Shown piece after piece: positions 1 to 11,121 of a stretch of 64,000 bases of DNA. The stretch's first letter is position 1; every line of letters begins with the position of its first letter. Under the pieces are notes generated by a model, which was not told the origin of the DNA, did no database searches, and saw only the letters and a list, made by a program, of their open reading frames with translations. The position numbers were made by a program, and so were the translations under genes. Source of the DNA: a virus; IMG/VR virus record IMGVR_UViG_3300023174_000050, positions 126,132 to 190,131 of that record; one strand, given 5' to 3'.

Positions 1-2
1 TT

Positions 3-1733
3 CCTTTAATTGATAGAATCAATCTTCACTATAAAGTTGGATCATATCTAAATATTCAGTTTAATTGTGAAGAACAATATTATATTGATCAAATTGATGC
101 AATCAAAACTTGGGAAGATGTTGTTCATATTTCCAAAGAATTATATCAATATGCAAAAGATGACGCAAGCAAATTAGCAGATATGGGCGATCTAATGGTG
201 CGTACTGGATCTTCGGATGGACATAACGATGAAGACTTCGATGACTTCGATGACTTTGAAGAAATAGATGTTGAAGATCCTGAATCTATCACTGATAGAA
301 ACTTTAGAGAGCGTGAACATGAATTAGTAGATGATTCTGTTAAACCGTACATATATGTAAATTGCCCTACTCCTAATTTGAGTAAGATAATTGTACCATA
401 TAAGAACATTAAAAAGTTTTACAACCAATTCAATCAACGTCATTTCACTGAAATGACACATGACGAATTTGATGCAGTAGTGCTGGAATCCAAAACAAAA
501 CTATTTAATAAATTTAATAATACGAATAAAAAATATATTTCTTATTTGATTAAAGAATTTGAAATGCGTCGTAATGCAAGGCAATTTGCAAGAACATCTG
601 TATCTAAAACTGGCGAATTAGATATGAAGAAAATTCATCAGTATAAATTAAATGATGATTTGTTCAAACGTATGGCGGTTGTGCCTAAAGGTAAATCGCA
701 TGGTTTAGTTATGTTCATAGATTATTCCGGATCAATGACAGACAATATTAAAGCAACAATTGAACAGACTTTGGTTCTTGCAACATTCTGCAGAAAGGTA
801 AATGTTCCTTTTAGGGTATATGCTTTTACTAATTCATCTTTATCCATTGAAGATGAGATTAAGGAATTTGGTCACATAGTAAGAAAAGACTTTACTAATT
901 TCGAGGATTATACTCAATCCTTTAAGTTTTCCCAAAATAATAATGAACTAAGTTTTAGGGGAAATAGTTTTAGATTGCGAGAATATTTGTCTAGTGAAAT
1001 GTCGAGTTTGGATTTTAAAGAAGCAACAAAATATTGGTTGCTTGTAGGCGAACTTTTTAGCGGCAAATCCTGGAGAAATAATACTACTAGCGATATACAT
1101 CCCGAAATCCTAGTTTCGGGATTTGAGGATTTGTCTGGTACACCCCTAAATGAAGCAATTATTTCATCTATGGAAATTGTCAAAGAATTTAGAAAACAAT
1201 ATAAATTAGATGTTGTTAATACTGTATTCTTAACAGATGGCGATAGTGACGAAAATAGATATGTGAATGGGGGAACAAATATTCCAAATCCTAAGTATCA
1301 ATCGTTTAATTTGATTATTCGAGATACTAAGACAATGAATGAAGGTAAAGCGTTACCGGGAACTGAGATGACGGTTGCCTTATTAGAATTGCTAAGAGCA
1401 AACACTGGCGTAAATGTACTTGGATTTTTTATTAGCGCAGGTAACCATAAAAGAAACATTCTAGCTCGGTTAAATAAAACTGGAAAAGTAATTAGTAATA
1501 TAGATGAAAGTTTGAAAAACTTTAGAAAAGAAAAATTCTTTATGATAAACGATGTTGGATATGATGATTTTTATATTATACCTGGCGGAGAAGACTTATC
1601 CATTGAGGATGAAGAAATGAAGGTGGAATCTGGAGCATCAACTGCGAATTTGAAAAAGGCCTTTATGAATATGCAAAAAGGCAAGAGTGTGAATCGAGTT
1701 CTTTTGAACAGATTTGTAGGAAAAATTGCTTGA
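3..1733 (+). CDS. VWA-domain (CobT-like) partner of MoxR ATPase, 5'-truncated by the window
   Basis: Frame is open from position 3 into the listed ORF 183..1733; MIDAS-like DYSGSM, GTPL and FLTDGD motifs; directly upstream of an AAA ATPase. Confidence 0.8.
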   Translation, partial: PLIDRINLHYKVGSYLNIQFNCEEQYYIDQIDAIKTWEDVVHISKELYQYAKDDASKLADMGDLMVRTGSSDGHNDEDFDDFDDFEEIDVEDPESITDRNFREREHELVDDSVKPYIYVNCPTPNLSKIIVPYKNIKKFYNQFNQRHFTEMTHDEFDAVVLESKTKLFNKFNNTNKKYISYLIKEFEMRRNARQFARTSVSKTGELDMKKIHQYKLNDDLFKRMAVVPKGKSHGLVMFIDYSGSMTDNIKATIEQTLVLATFCRKVNVPFRVYAFTNSSLSIEDEIKEFGHIVRKDFTNFEDYTQSFKFSQNNNELSFRGNSFRLREYLSSEMSSLDFKEATKYWLLVGELFSGKSWRNNTTSDIHPEILVSGFEDLSGTPLNEAIISSMEIVKEFRKQYKLDVVNTVFLTDGDSDENRYVNGGTNIPNPKYQSFNLIIRDTKTMNEGKALPGTEMTVALLELLRANTGVNVLGFFISAGNHKRNILARLNKTGKVISNIDESLKNFRKEKFFMINDVGYDDFYIIPGGEDLSIEDEEMKVESGASTANLKKAFMNMQKGKSVNRVLLNRFVGKIA

Positions 1734-1758
1734 CAGGAATTCAAAAAGGTGTTATAAT
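1730..1758 (+). promoter_or_regulatory. sigma70-type early promoter
   Basis: TTGACA-17nt-TATAAT with extended -10 TG. Confidence 0.85.
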
Positions 1759-1788
1759 TAATTATGAATTTTGAACAGGAGTTATATT

Positions 1789-2970
1789 ATGTCTAAGTCT
1801 CATTTTACCCCAGAACAACGAAAAGAATTAATTGTAAAATTAATTTCTAAGTTTGGTTCTAATGTAACCAAGGAACAGATTGTTTCTTATTGCGAAGGCA
1901 ACGGATTGCCTAACCCACATTTTCTTATCTCACGTCGAGACATTAAATCTGGGAAAAATTATATGTTGAATTTATTTGATAATGAAAGCGAGAATGTTGT
2001 GATGTCTAACGATGAGGAAATGGCTCCTGCTCTTCAAGCACAGGTAATTCCTTTTAAGCAAAAACGAATGACTGTGGATATTGATAGTGTTGTCCCAGAC
2101 AAAGATAATACTTATGTTCCTTTTGGATTTTTCAAGCAATTGGAAATGATTCTAAAATCTAAAACATTCTATCCTGTGTTTATTACCGGATTGTCTGGTA
2201 ATGGCAAAACTACTATGGTAGAACAAGTTGCTTCCAAATTAAAACGCGAATGTATTCGTGTTAACATTTCTGTGGAAACAGATGAAGAAGATTTGATTGG
2301 TGGCAATACCCTGCAAGATGGCAATGTTATCTATCGTGAAGGTCCTGTACTAACAGCAATGCGTCGAGGCGCTATTCTTTTGATTGACGAAATTGATCGT
2401 GGTTCTAATAAATTGATGTGTTTACAAAGTGTGTTGGAAGGCAAGGCGTACTTTAATAAAAAGACAGGTGAAGTTATTCGACCAGCGTCAGGTTTCAATG
2501 TTATCGCAACTGCTAACACTAAAGGTCGAGGTACGGAAGACGGTCGTTTTATTGCAGCGCAAATTTTGGATGAGGCTTTTCTAGAACGATTTCCTATTAC
2601 AGTAGAACAAGAATATCCTAGCACAACTGTAGAGAAAAAAATTATTGCTAATAAAATGGAATTCTATAATTGTGTTGATAAAGAATACGCAGAGAAATTA
2701 GTTAATTGGGCAGACATTATTCGCAAAACCTTTAAAGAAGGTGGTATTGATGAGATCATTAGTACACGTCGTTTGGTAAATATTGTTCAAGCATATTCTA
2801 TCTTTAATGATAAGACTGAGGCAATTAATTATTGTATCAATCGGTTTGATGATGACACAAAGACTGCATTCATGGATTTGTATACTAAAATGAATGCTCC
2901 TGTAGAAACAGTTAAAGAAAATGAATCAATGAAAGAAGTGACGGCAATTGATGATGAAATTCCATTTTAA
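1789..2970 (+). CDS. MoxR/CobS-like AAA+ ATPase
   Basis: Walker A GLSGNGKT, Walker B LLIDEID, ATANTKG, DEAFLERF; AGGAG RBS favours ATG at 1789. Confidence 0.85.
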   Translation: MSKSHFTPEQRKELIVKLISKFGSNVTKEQIVSYCEGNGLPNPHFLISRRDIKSGKNYMLNLFDNESENVVMSNDEEMAPALQAQVIPFKQKRMTVDIDSVVPDKDNTYVPFGFFKQLEMILKSKTFYPVFITGLSGNGKTTMVEQVASKLKRECIRVNISVETDEEDLIGGNTLQDGNVIYREGPVLTAMRRGAILLIDEIDRGSNKLMCLQSVLEGKAYFNKKTGEVIRPASGFNVIATANTKGRGTEDGRFIAAQILDEAFLERFPITVEQEYPSTTVEKKIIANKMEFYNCVDKEYAEKLVNWADIIRKTFKEGGIDEIISTRRLVNIVQAYSIFNDKTEAINYCINRFDDDTKTAFMDLYTKMNAPVETVKENESMKEVTAIDDEIPF

Positions 2971-2985
2971 TTTAAATTAAACTAA

Positions 2986-3007
2986 TTAGGGCACTTCGGT
3001 GCCCTAA
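2986..3007 (+). terminator. UUCG-tetraloop hairpin, probable terminator
   Basis: TTAGGGCAC-TTCG-GTGCCCTAA after the ATPase stop. Confidence 0.7.
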
Positions 3008-3017
3008 ACCTACCTAT

Positions 3018-3854
3018 ATGCACACTAACGAAATATTACACGATACCTTTATCCCAAGATGGTATGGAAGATTGGGAAACAATATACAGCAAATTTCTAA
3101 TGCTATTTATTTCTGTAGAGAAAATGGAATACATTTTACATCTCCAGATCATCCCATGATTAAAGCAATAGATATTCCTTTTGGAACAATAGAATACAAA
3201 ATACCAGAAACAAGCAATAACTGGTTTTATCACTTCGAAAAAGAATATAGCGATTTTGATGTAGACATAGATAGATTAAATTTGCTACGAAAAAATATTT
3301 GTGAGGATTATATTTTACCTAATCTAAAAGTAGATCATGAAAAATTAAAAGAACCATTACCGTATGATACTTTAGTTGTACATATACGAAGTGGAGATAT
3401 TTATACTAATTTTCCAAATACTCATCCACAAAATCCTTTGATGTACTATATAGAATTATATAGAAGATTCAATGAAAAGGTTATTTTTGTGGCAGAAGAT
3501 GATAAGAATCCGATTGTACAATATTTTCAAAGTATCAAGGCGGATATTAGAATATGGTGGGTTGAAGATACGTATACATTATTATTACGAGCACAAAACC
3601 TAGCGACTTCTGGCGCAGGATCTTTTGCAATATCATCTGCATTTTGTTCTACAAATCTTAGGAATTTTTATTGTACAGATTTATATATAGACCATAGTTT
3701 AAATCCGACTATGTTAAAAGAACAACTTAATGTTTTTATAGCGGATGTCTCAGGCAATAAATATTTTAGAGTGGGTGAGTGGAGCTCAGCTAAAAATAAC
3801 ATCAATAAAATTCTTGACTATCAAGAAAATATAATATTTAGGAGACTTACATAA
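3018..3854 (+). CDS. GT11-like (alpha-1,2-fucosyltransferase-like) glycosyltransferase
   Basis: N-terminal GRLGNNIQQ and VVHIRSGD motifs; next to gmd/fcl. Confidence 0.6.
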   Translation: MHTNEILHDTFIPRWYGRLGNNIQQISNAIYFCRENGIHFTSPDHPMIKAIDIPFGTIEYKIPETSNNWFYHFEKEYSDFDVDIDRLNLLRKNICEDYILPNLKVDHEKLKEPLPYDTLVVHIRSGDIYTNFPNTHPQNPLMYYIELYRRFNEKVIFVAEDDKNPIVQYFQSIKADIRIWWVEDTYTLLLRAQNLATSGAGSFAISSAFCSTNLRNFYCTDLYIDHSLNPTMLKEQLNVFIADVSGNKYFRVGEWSSAKNNINKILDYQENIIFRRLT

Positions 3855-4867
3855 TGACAAACAAAGTAGCCCTTATTACGGGCATTACCGGACAAGACGG
3901 TTCTTATCTTGCAGAACTTCTTTTATCAAAAGGTTACGAAGTGCATGGCATTGTTCGTCGTAGCTCTTCTATGAATACTGGTCGCATCGACCACATCTAT
4001 TCAAATCCAAATTTACATCTTCATTACGGTGACGTAACAGATTCACTCTCTATTATGAGCGTACTTAAAAAGTATAATCCTAGTGAGATCTATAATCTTG
4101 CGGCGCAAAGTCATGTTAAGGTTTCTTTTGAAACTCCTGAGTATACAGCAATGGTAGATGGTTTAGGTACTCTTAAAATTCTAGAATCTGTTAGATTAAT
4201 GGGGATGGAAAAGACTACTAAAATTTATCAGGCATCAACATCTGAACTATATGGATTAGTTCAAGAAATCCCACAAAAAGAAACAACACCATTCTATCCA
4301 AGATCGCCGTACGGTGTAGCTAAGTTATATGCATATTGGATTGTTAAGAACTATCGAGAATCATATAATATGTTTGCGTGTTCTGGTATTTTATTTAATC
4401 ACGAATCTCCTAGACGAGGTTTCAATTTTGTGACTAAAAAGATTGTTAATGGATTAGAAGCAGTTAGCGCTGGTCGCCAAGAGTGTTTGACATTGGGCAA
4501 TTTAACAGCACTTAGGGATTGGGGTCACGCTAAAGATTATGTTGAGGCAATGTGGTTAATGCTACAACAAGATACGCCAGACGATTTTGTTATCTCAACA
4601 GGTGAGCAGTATACAGTTAAACAATTTGTAGAACATTGTGCCCCATACTTTGCTTTAAAGATTCGCTGGGAAGGCGAAGGATTGAACGAAGTAGGTATTG
4701 ATACTAACACGAATAAAGTAGTTATCAGAGTTGATCCTAAATACTTCCGTCCCGCCGAAGTTCAAACTTTATTAGGCGATTCGTCAAAGGCAAGGAGTGT
4801 GCTCGGTTGGTCACCTAAACATTCTTTTGATGACCTAGTCGAAGATATGTGTTTAAACTTTGCATAA
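3854..4867 (+). CDS. gmd: GDP-mannose 4,6-dehydratase
   Basis: [46 protein letters not shown]. Confidence 0.97.
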   Translation: MTNKVALITGITGQDGSYLAELLLSKGYEVHGIVRRSSSMNTGRIDHIYSNPNLHLHYGDVTDSLSIMSVLKKYNPSEIYNLAAQSHVKVSFETPEYTAMVDGLGTLKILESVRLMGMEKTTKIYQASTSELYGLVQEIPQKETTPFYPRSPYGVAKLYAYWIVKNYRESYNMFACSGILFNHESPRRGFNFVTKKIVNGLEAVSAGRQECLTLGNLTALRDWGHAKDYVEAMWLMLQQDTPDDFVISTGEQYTVKQFVEHCAPYFALKIRWEGEGLNEVGIDTNTNKVVIRVDPKYFRPAEVQTLLGDSSKARSVLGWSPKHSFDDLVEDMCLNFA

Positions 4868-5504
4868 TATGTTTCCTCCTTCATACAAAGATACAAATAG
4901 AGCAGTTACAGAAAAATATTTAAACTATGATAATGGTTTTTATATTGAAGTAGGTGGCGCCGATGGTATTACTCAAAGTAATACTTGGCACCTTGAAATG
5001 TATAAAAAATGGACCGGTATATTGGTTGAACCAAATCCTAACGCTGCAAAACAGTGCAGAAACAATAGACCAAATTCTACAGTATTCAATTATGCTTTGG
5101 TCGGTGACAATTTTGAAAACGATACTATAAAAATGTTGTATCGTACAGTATACGGAGACGACCCAGGATTAATGACTTCTACTATAGATTCTCCTATTAG
5201 ACAAAATTTAGAATGGATGGCACCTGCAACTGATACTGATAAAACTGAGGAATTTGAAATTCAAGTAGCTACATTGAATGATATTTTAGAATCACAAAAT
5301 GTAACAAAAATAGATTTCTTTTCGTTGGATGTTGAAGGATATGAATTAGAAGTATTGAAAGGATTAGATTTGAAAAGATTTACTCCAAAAGTTATTTTAG
5401 TTGAATGGCATTTGGATTTTGAAGATATTAAACAGTTGTTAGATGCGACACACGTATACGCAGAACAATTAACTAAACATGATTATGTTTTTTTAGCGAG
5501 GTAA
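4860..5504 (+). CDS. FkbM-family methyltransferase
   Basis: [31 protein letters not shown]. Confidence 0.85.
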   Translation: MHNMFPPSYKDTNRAVTEKYLNYDNGFYIEVGGADGITQSNTWHLEMYKKWTGILVEPNPNAAKQCRNNRPNSTVFNYALVGDNFENDTIKMLYRTVYGDDPGLMTSTIDSPIRQNLEWMAPATDTDKTEEFEIQVATLNDILESQNVTKIDFFSLDVEGYELEVLKGLDLKRFTPKVILVEWHLDFEDIKQLLDATHVYAEQLTKHDYVFLAR

Positions 5505-5505
5505 T

Positions 5506-6441
5506 ATGGAAAAAAATAGTAAAATATTTGTAGCAGGGCATAATGGCTTAGTCGGCTCAGCAATAATTAGAAAATTAAAAGAAGAAGGTTACACAAATCT
5601 TATTCTTAGATCAAAGGCCGAATTAGATCTTAGAGATCAACGAGCTGTCAGGAATTTCTTTAGTACTGAAATTCCTGAATACGTATTCTTATGTGCTGCC
5701 AAGGTTGGCGGTATCAATTGGAACTGGACAAATCCAGGTGAATTTATTTACGACAATTTGATGATTCAATCGAATGTTATAGATGCAGCATATCGCAATA
5801 ATACTAAGAAGTTATTGTTCTTAGGTTCTGCCTGCATCTATCCAAAGGTTACCCCTCAACCTATCAAGGAAGAATATCTTCTTACTGCTCCACTTGAGCC
5901 TACGAATGAGGGGTATGCATTAGCAAAAATTACTGGCTTACGTATGTGCGAATACTACAGACGTCAGTATGGATTCAATGCTATTAGTTGTATGCCTGCA
6001 AATTTATATGGTCCTAATGATAATTTCATTCCTGAACATGGTCATGTTATCCCAGGTATTATTACTAAGATGCACAATGCTATGAAAGCAGGTGAAAAAA
6101 GTATTGAATGCTGGGGTGATGGTTCGCCTACTCGAGAATTTTTATATGTTGATGATTTGGCAGATGCTTGTTTTTGGTTAATGCAAAACTATAATGAAGC
6201 AGAATTTGTTAATGTAGGCAGCGATGAAGAATTAACAATTAAAGAATTAGTAAATAAACTTACAAAAGAATTTGGATTTAAAGGTAAGGTTGTTTGGAAT
6301 AAAAATAAACCAAATGGCACCCCAAGACGTAAGATGGATAATAGTAAATTGAAAGCACTGGGTTGGTCTTCTAAAGTAACCTTTGATGATGGTTTAAAGC
6401 GTACTATAGATTGGTATAAAAAAGAAAAGGGATTATCATGA
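5506..6441 (+). CDS. fcl: GDP-L-fucose synthase (Fcl/WcaG; ColC-like reductase)
   Basis: VAGHNGLVGSA, AAKVGGI, FLGSACIYPK, NLYGPNDNF, TREFLYVDD. Confidence 0.93.
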   Translation: MEKNSKIFVAGHNGLVGSAIIRKLKEEGYTNLILRSKAELDLRDQRAVRNFFSTEIPEYVFLCAAKVGGINWNWTNPGEFIYDNLMIQSNVIDAAYRNNTKKLLFLGSACIYPKVTPQPIKEEYLLTAPLEPTNEGYALAKITGLRMCEYYRRQYGFNAISCMPANLYGPNDNFIPEHGHVIPGIITKMHNAMKAGEKSIECWGDGSPTREFLYVDDLADACFWLMQNYNEAEFVNVGSDEELTIKELVNKLTKEFGFKGKVVWNKNKPNGTPRRKMDNSKLKALGWSSKVTFDDGLKRTIDWYKKEKGLS

Positions 6442-7607
6442 GATGGCCTTTGATGGGTGAGACAATCACCTTTACTGATAGATTAAAGATGGCACACTTT
6501 GCTTTGACGGCAAAGAAATTTACCTTCGGCGAAAAAGTAGAACAATTTGAGCATGAGTGGAGCACCTGGCTAGGAGCTAAACATTCTTTATTTGTATCTT
6601 CGGGTAGCACAGCCAATTTTTTACTTATTGCAGCCGTTAAAGAATTATATGGATTAAAGAATGGAGATAAGGTTTTATTGCCAGCATGCACTTGGATGAC
6701 GAATGTTGCTCCTATTATGCAACTTGGTCTTGAACCAGTATTTTGCGATATCAATTTATACAATTTTAGTTTTGATTTAGCTGAAGCTAAAAACATTGCA
6801 ACAAAACATGATATTAAATTAGTATTCATTACTCACCTATTAGGATTTTCTGCAGATAATGAAAGCTTAAAGAAAATATTTCCAAAAGCTTTATTTTTAG
6901 ATGACGTATGTGAATCGCACGGTTGTACTAATCTATTAGGCGAAAAAAGGGGTTCGGATAGCTTAGGTGCATCATTTAGTTTTTATTTCGGTCATCATAT
7001 GTCTACAGTAGAAGGTGGTATGGTATCAACTAATAATACTGATCTTTATGATTTGATGCTAATGAAACGTAGTCATGGCATGGCAAGAGTTTCTACAAGA
7101 TTTGATGATTATGCAGAAGCATATCCTAACATAGATAAAAAATTCTTATTTGTGACCGATGGCTATAATTTTAGAAATCATGAAATATGTGCGGTGTTAG
7201 GTTCATCGCAACTTAGTCGTTTGGATAAAATGATAAAAATTCGTAAAAGAAATCACGAATTATTTACAGAAATTATTGACTCTTGTCCTACTTTATTTTA
7301 TAATATAAAGAATCCTGCAACAAATAGTAGTTTTTGTTTGCCATTCATTTGTAAGTCGCCAGAAATAATGAAGGCAATGAAAAAAGTATTTAACAAACAT
7401 GGTATAGAATATAGACCAGTTGTTGCGGGGAATTTATTGACACAGCCTTTTCTTAAAGACTATACGATTGATACTAAAAGAACAGTTACAAATGCAGACA
7501 TAATAAACAATCAAGGGGTTTATATTGGTAACAACCATTTTGTAACTGAAAAAGATATGGCATATTTAAAACAAGTTGTAGGAGAAATCGTTGACAAATT
7601 TAGGTGA
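6438..7607 (+). CDS. DegT/DnrJ/EryC1 fold PLP/PMP enzyme, ColD/RfbH-like 3-dehydratase
   Basis: SSGSTAN, DDVCES, and SFYFGHHMSTVEGG with His at the catalytic Lys position. Confidence 0.75.
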   Translation: MRWPLMGETITFTDRLKMAHFALTAKKFTFGEKVEQFEHEWSTWLGAKHSLFVSSGSTANFLLIAAVKELYGLKNGDKVLLPACTWMTNVAPIMQLGLEPVFCDINLYNFSFDLAEAKNIATKHDIKLVFITHLLGFSADNESLKKIFPKALFLDDVCESHGCTNLLGEKRGSDSLGASFSFYFGHHMSTVEGGMVSTNNTDLYDLMLMKRSHGMARVSTRFDDYAEAYPNIDKKFLFVTDGYNFRNHEICAVLGSSQLSRLDKMIKIRKRNHELFTEIIDSCPTLFYNIKNPATNSSFCLPFICKSPEIMKAMKKVFNKHGIEYRPVVAGNLLTQPFLKDYTIDTKRTVTNADIINNQGVYIGNNHFVTEKDMAYLKQVVGEIVDKFR

Positions 7608-7941
7608 GAGCATAGAATTAATTATTAAGGAAACAGTAGATCGAGTATTGATAGAAACTGGTCTACCTGATTCTGAATATGTAGCAACAGATAACTTAGG
7701 TGAGGTTATTGAAAAACTAGCTATTATTCATATTAGAATGTGGATGCTTGAAGACGCAATTCAAGCAGCAACATCTGCAGAAGAAATTGCTGAACTAAAA
7801 CGCAAATGCGATATTTGTTTTAAAGTTAAGCGTCCCCGGTATGTCCAAGCAATTAATTTAATTGTAGACGATGCCATCAAACACAATAAATCTTTGAGAG
7901 AAGATTCCGTTAAACTTTATAAGGGTGTAGACAATGCCTAA
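7591..7941 (+). CDS. small helical protein (DUF4254-like)
   Basis: TTG start after AGGAG; LGEVIEKLAIIHIRMW motif; coupled within the glycan operon. Confidence 0.5.
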   Translation: MTNLGESIELIIKETVDRVLIETGLPDSEYVATDNLGEVIEKLAIIHIRMWMLEDAIQAATSAEEIAELKRKCDICFKVKRPRYVQAINLIVDDAIKHNKSLREDSVKLYKGVDNA

Positions 7942-8905
7942 GATAGTATTTTTTAATCATTATCACCGAGGTGATCTATTGACGCATAAAGAATTTATTC
8001 GCCATATACAAAGCGAATTGGATGTCCAATATGAGTATATGCATTTTAATCATCCAAAATTAACTAGAGATCTAGATATTCCGTTGGTGGGTGATCCTAC
8101 TAATTTAGATCCTAAGACTCCTTTTTATCAAGAAGATGACTCTTTGTTTATTAATACTTGGATAGGTTGCCATTGGGATATATTCTGCCAACATGGCGGT
8201 ATTAATATGGAATCCTTGCGAGGACAATGGTATAGAATTTTTGAAATGATTAATCAATGCTTTGGAACTTCGTTAGTTATTAATCCTATTAAAGAATTTT
8301 ATTTGCCAAGAATAGATTTTACAAGATTTGATGTATCTAATATTGATGCATACTTACAGGAAAGTAAAAATAAGAAAATTTTAATTTGTAATGGTGCTCC
8401 TAAATCTGGCCAATCATTTGCCTCAAATATGAAAGAGTTTTTAGAACCCCTTGCTGAAGAAAATGATAGTGTAGATTTTATTTGTACAGAAAAATTTGAT
8501 ACTACATTTAGTAATATTAAATTTACTGATGACATTATTGGTGATACTGAAACAGTAGATAAAAGAGCTCCGTGGGAGGATCGATTAACTAATACATGTG
8601 ACGTACAAGAAATTTCTTATTTGAGTGAGAATTGTGATGCTATTGTAGGTAAGAATTCTGGTCCATTTGTTTTTTGTGAAACATGGAATAACTATAAAAA
8701 TCCGAATAAGAAATTTCTTTCATTCAATGTTAGTTGGGGCATTGGAAAAGAAACAACAGAAACAATGTCTCATGGTTTAGAAAAATTATGCGAATATAAT
8801 ATTATACCTGTTGAAGGCCCTGCAAAGGGAGATCTTAATAATCTAACTAGCGATGATATTGCTAATATTAACACAGCATTAGATACATTAGTGAGAAGCC
8901 TATGA
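7934..8905 (+). CDS. hypothetical protein, possible GT-B glycosyltransferase
   Basis: 323 aa ORF overlapping neighbours; FFNHYHRGD and IVGKNSGP motifs. Confidence 0.45.
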   Translation: MPKIVFFNHYHRGDLLTHKEFIRHIQSELDVQYEYMHFNHPKLTRDLDIPLVGDPTNLDPKTPFYQEDDSLFINTWIGCHWDIFCQHGGINMESLRGQWYRIFEMINQCFGTSLVINPIKEFYLPRIDFTRFDVSNIDAYLQESKNKKILICNGAPKSGQSFASNMKEFLEPLAEENDSVDFICTEKFDTTFSNIKFTDDIIGDTETVDKRAPWEDRLTNTCDVQEISYLSENCDAIVGKNSGPFVFCETWNNYKNPNKKFLSFNVSWGIGKETTETMSHGLEKLCEYNIIPVEGPAKGDLNNLTSDDIANINTALDTLVRSL

Positions 8906-9789
8906 GGAAATTGAAACTAGGGTTTACAGATACCCACGATCATTTACTGCAATTCTTTTATAATTTATTAGCTAATAGATTTGATATTGAAATTATAGAT
9001 GTAGAAAAGGAAACTCCCGATTATTTAATTTTTGGTGATGCTAATTTTGGTACTAACAATAAAAAGTTTTCTAAAAAGGACTGTATAAAGATTTTTTATA
9101 CTGGAGAAAATCAGAGACCTGAAGATTACGATTGTCATTATGCAATTAGTTTTGACCACAATTTTAATAATTGGCATTATCGTTTGCCGCTATTTGTTAT
9201 CTATATGTGGTCATTAGATATGATCCACAATACTAAATATGGTTATTATCATATTTTAGGGGAACATAATCCTATTCTAAAAACAGATTTTGCCTCTTTT
9301 GTGGTTGCAAATCCTAAATGTAATGAACGCAACGAATTTTTTAAAAAGCTAAATGCTATTAAAAAAGTAGATAGCGGCGGCCCTTTATATAATAATACCG
9401 GAACAAATCTTGAAGGCGAAGTTGCTAAAATTGATTTTTTGGCTAAGCGTAAATTTAATATTTGCTTTGAGTCTGGTTCTTATCCCGGGTACACTACAGA
9501 AAAAATTCTACATGCATTTTACGCAAGAACTATTCCTATTTACTGGGGAAGTCCTACAGTAACATCTGATTTTAATATTCAATCTTTTATTAATGTACAT
9601 GATTTCAATAATACAGATGAAGTTATTGAATACGTTATGAGATTAGATTCGGATGAAGATTTATATAATAGAGTTATTTCTGCACCTCCTTTAGCTTCCG
9701 GAATACCTAGAGATTATATGATATTGAATAATTTCCTAAATTGGTTTGATTCAGTTGTTTATAACAAAATAGATATGAGAGAAGAATGA
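8902..9789 (+). CDS. GT10 alpha-1,3/4-fucosyltransferase-like
   Basis: FYTGENQRP and KFNICFESGSYPGYTTEKI (GT10 motif). Confidence 0.85.
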   Translation: MRKLKLGFTDTHDHLLQFFYNLLANRFDIEIIDVEKETPDYLIFGDANFGTNNKKFSKKDCIKIFYTGENQRPEDYDCHYAISFDHNFNNWHYRLPLFVIYMWSLDMIHNTKYGYYHILGEHNPILKTDFASFVVANPKCNERNEFFKKLNAIKKVDSGGPLYNNTGTNLEGEVAKIDFLAKRKFNICFESGSYPGYTTEKILHAFYARTIPIYWGSPTVTSDFNIQSFINVHDFNNTDEVIEYVMRLDSDEDLYNRVISAPPLASGIPRDYMILNNFLNWFDSVVYNKIDMREE

Positions 9790-10505
9790 ATATACAAACT
9801 TTTATTTTTAATTGGCGCGGACAATACGAAAAGACAATAGAAAAAGAAATACAACTTTTGTCTATAGGTAAACATCCTATCGTAATTAATAGTGATGATG
9901 AAAAAACAAAAGAGGGTTGGTATAACATAGGTGAAGCTAGTTATTTTACAGATCAATTTCTAAAAGCAATTGAGTTATTTGATGGTGATGTATTATTCCA
10001 TATTCAGGGCGACGCGTCATATGATGATTGGGAAAAATTATATGCAGATGCTGAGAAATATTTTGAAGAAACAGAATGGGGAATCTATGCCCCAAATGTA
10101 GATTATACTTGGTATGATGCCTCAAGAACAGATATTGAATCCATTGGCTTTCCTTTGGATAAATTAAAAATTGTAGCAAACACAGATTGTACTTGTTGGT
10201 TTATTCACAAAGATGTAATTAATTGGTACAAGGAACGTAAATTAGATTTTTCTAAGTACAAAATGGGGTGGTGCTGGGATATTATTTTTCCTGCATTATG
10301 TTTTATAAATCAAAGACCAGTTATCCGAGACTATGCTCATACTATTGACCATCCTAGAGGAACCAATTATAATACAGATCAGGCTGAAAAAGAGATGTGG
10401 CAACTATTTGAAACATTACCCAAAGATCTAAAAGAAGCGTTTAGTTATATTAAAGGCGAAAGAGAAAACCTATCTAAATACTATGCAGAAAATCATATCG
10501 TTTAG
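9786..10505 (+). CDS. hypothetical protein, putative glycosyltransferase
   Basis: 239 aa ORF in glycan operon; IQGD and GWCWD motifs. Confidence 0.45.
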   Translation: MNIQTFIFNWRGQYEKTIEKEIQLLSIGKHPIVINSDDEKTKEGWYNIGEASYFTDQFLKAIELFDGDVLFHIQGDASYDDWEKLYADAEKYFEETEWGIYAPNVDYTWYDASRTDIESIGFPLDKLKIVANTDCTCWFIHKDVINWYKERKLDFSKYKMGWCWDIIFPALCFINQRPVIRDYAHTIDHPRGTNYNTDQAEKEMWQLFETLPKDLKEAFSYIKGERENLSKYYAENHIV

Positions 10506-11121
10506 TCTATGGGGCAATGACCCTAAGTATTGTGTTGGCGCAATACGCAATGCTCAATTAGCGCAAAAATATTTTCCCGACTGGATATGTAGATTTTATT
10601 GTAGCAGAGATGTTCCGGGAATTTATATATCCGCATTAAATGCTTTTGATAATACTAGAGTTTGGATACGGCCAAAAGAAGATAACACCTTTGGAGCATT
10701 TTGGAGATTTGACGCAATGGAATCTAACACCATTGTATTATCTAGAGATTGCGATTCAAGATTATCTGAAAGAGAAAAACAAATTGTGGATGAATGGGTA
10801 TCTTCTGATTCTAAATTATCTGTTATACGAGACCATGCCAATCATTATGAGTTTCCAATCCTTGCAGGGATGTGGGGAATAAAAGATGGATTGAGTAAAG
10901 ATATGGTATTAGGGCAATCTAAGTATAATACTCATCACACTTATCTAATGGATCAATTATGGTTAAGAGATCTTGTTTGGCCTAGCCTACAGAACAATGC
11001 CATGATACATGGCATTAAAGAAACAATGTGGATGAGAAATTCTTATACTAAAATAGGTAAAGATTTTATAGGACAAACTTATGATAGCAATGACAACCCA
11101 GTATACGATGGAAAATTATAA
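10483..11121 (+). CDS. putative GT-A-like glycosyltransferase
   Basis: KIISFSLWG, FWRF, SRDCDSR, LAGMWG, DQLWL motifs. Confidence 0.55.
   Translation: MQKIISFSLWGNDPKYCVGAIRNAQLAQKYFPDWICRFYCSRDVPGIYISALNAFDNTRVWIRPKEDNTFGAFWRFDAMESNTIVLSRDCDSRLSEREKQIVDEWVSSDSKLSVIRDHANHYEFPILAGMWGIKDGLSKDMVLGQSKYNTHHTYLMDQLWLRDLVWPSLQNNAMIHGIKETMWMRNSYTKIGKDFIGQTYDSNDNPVYDGKL

Noticed and set aside
5506-7607. GDP-perosamine synthase assignment for the DegT-family gene
   Set aside because: The Schiff-base Lys position is His, which fits a 3-dehydratase better.
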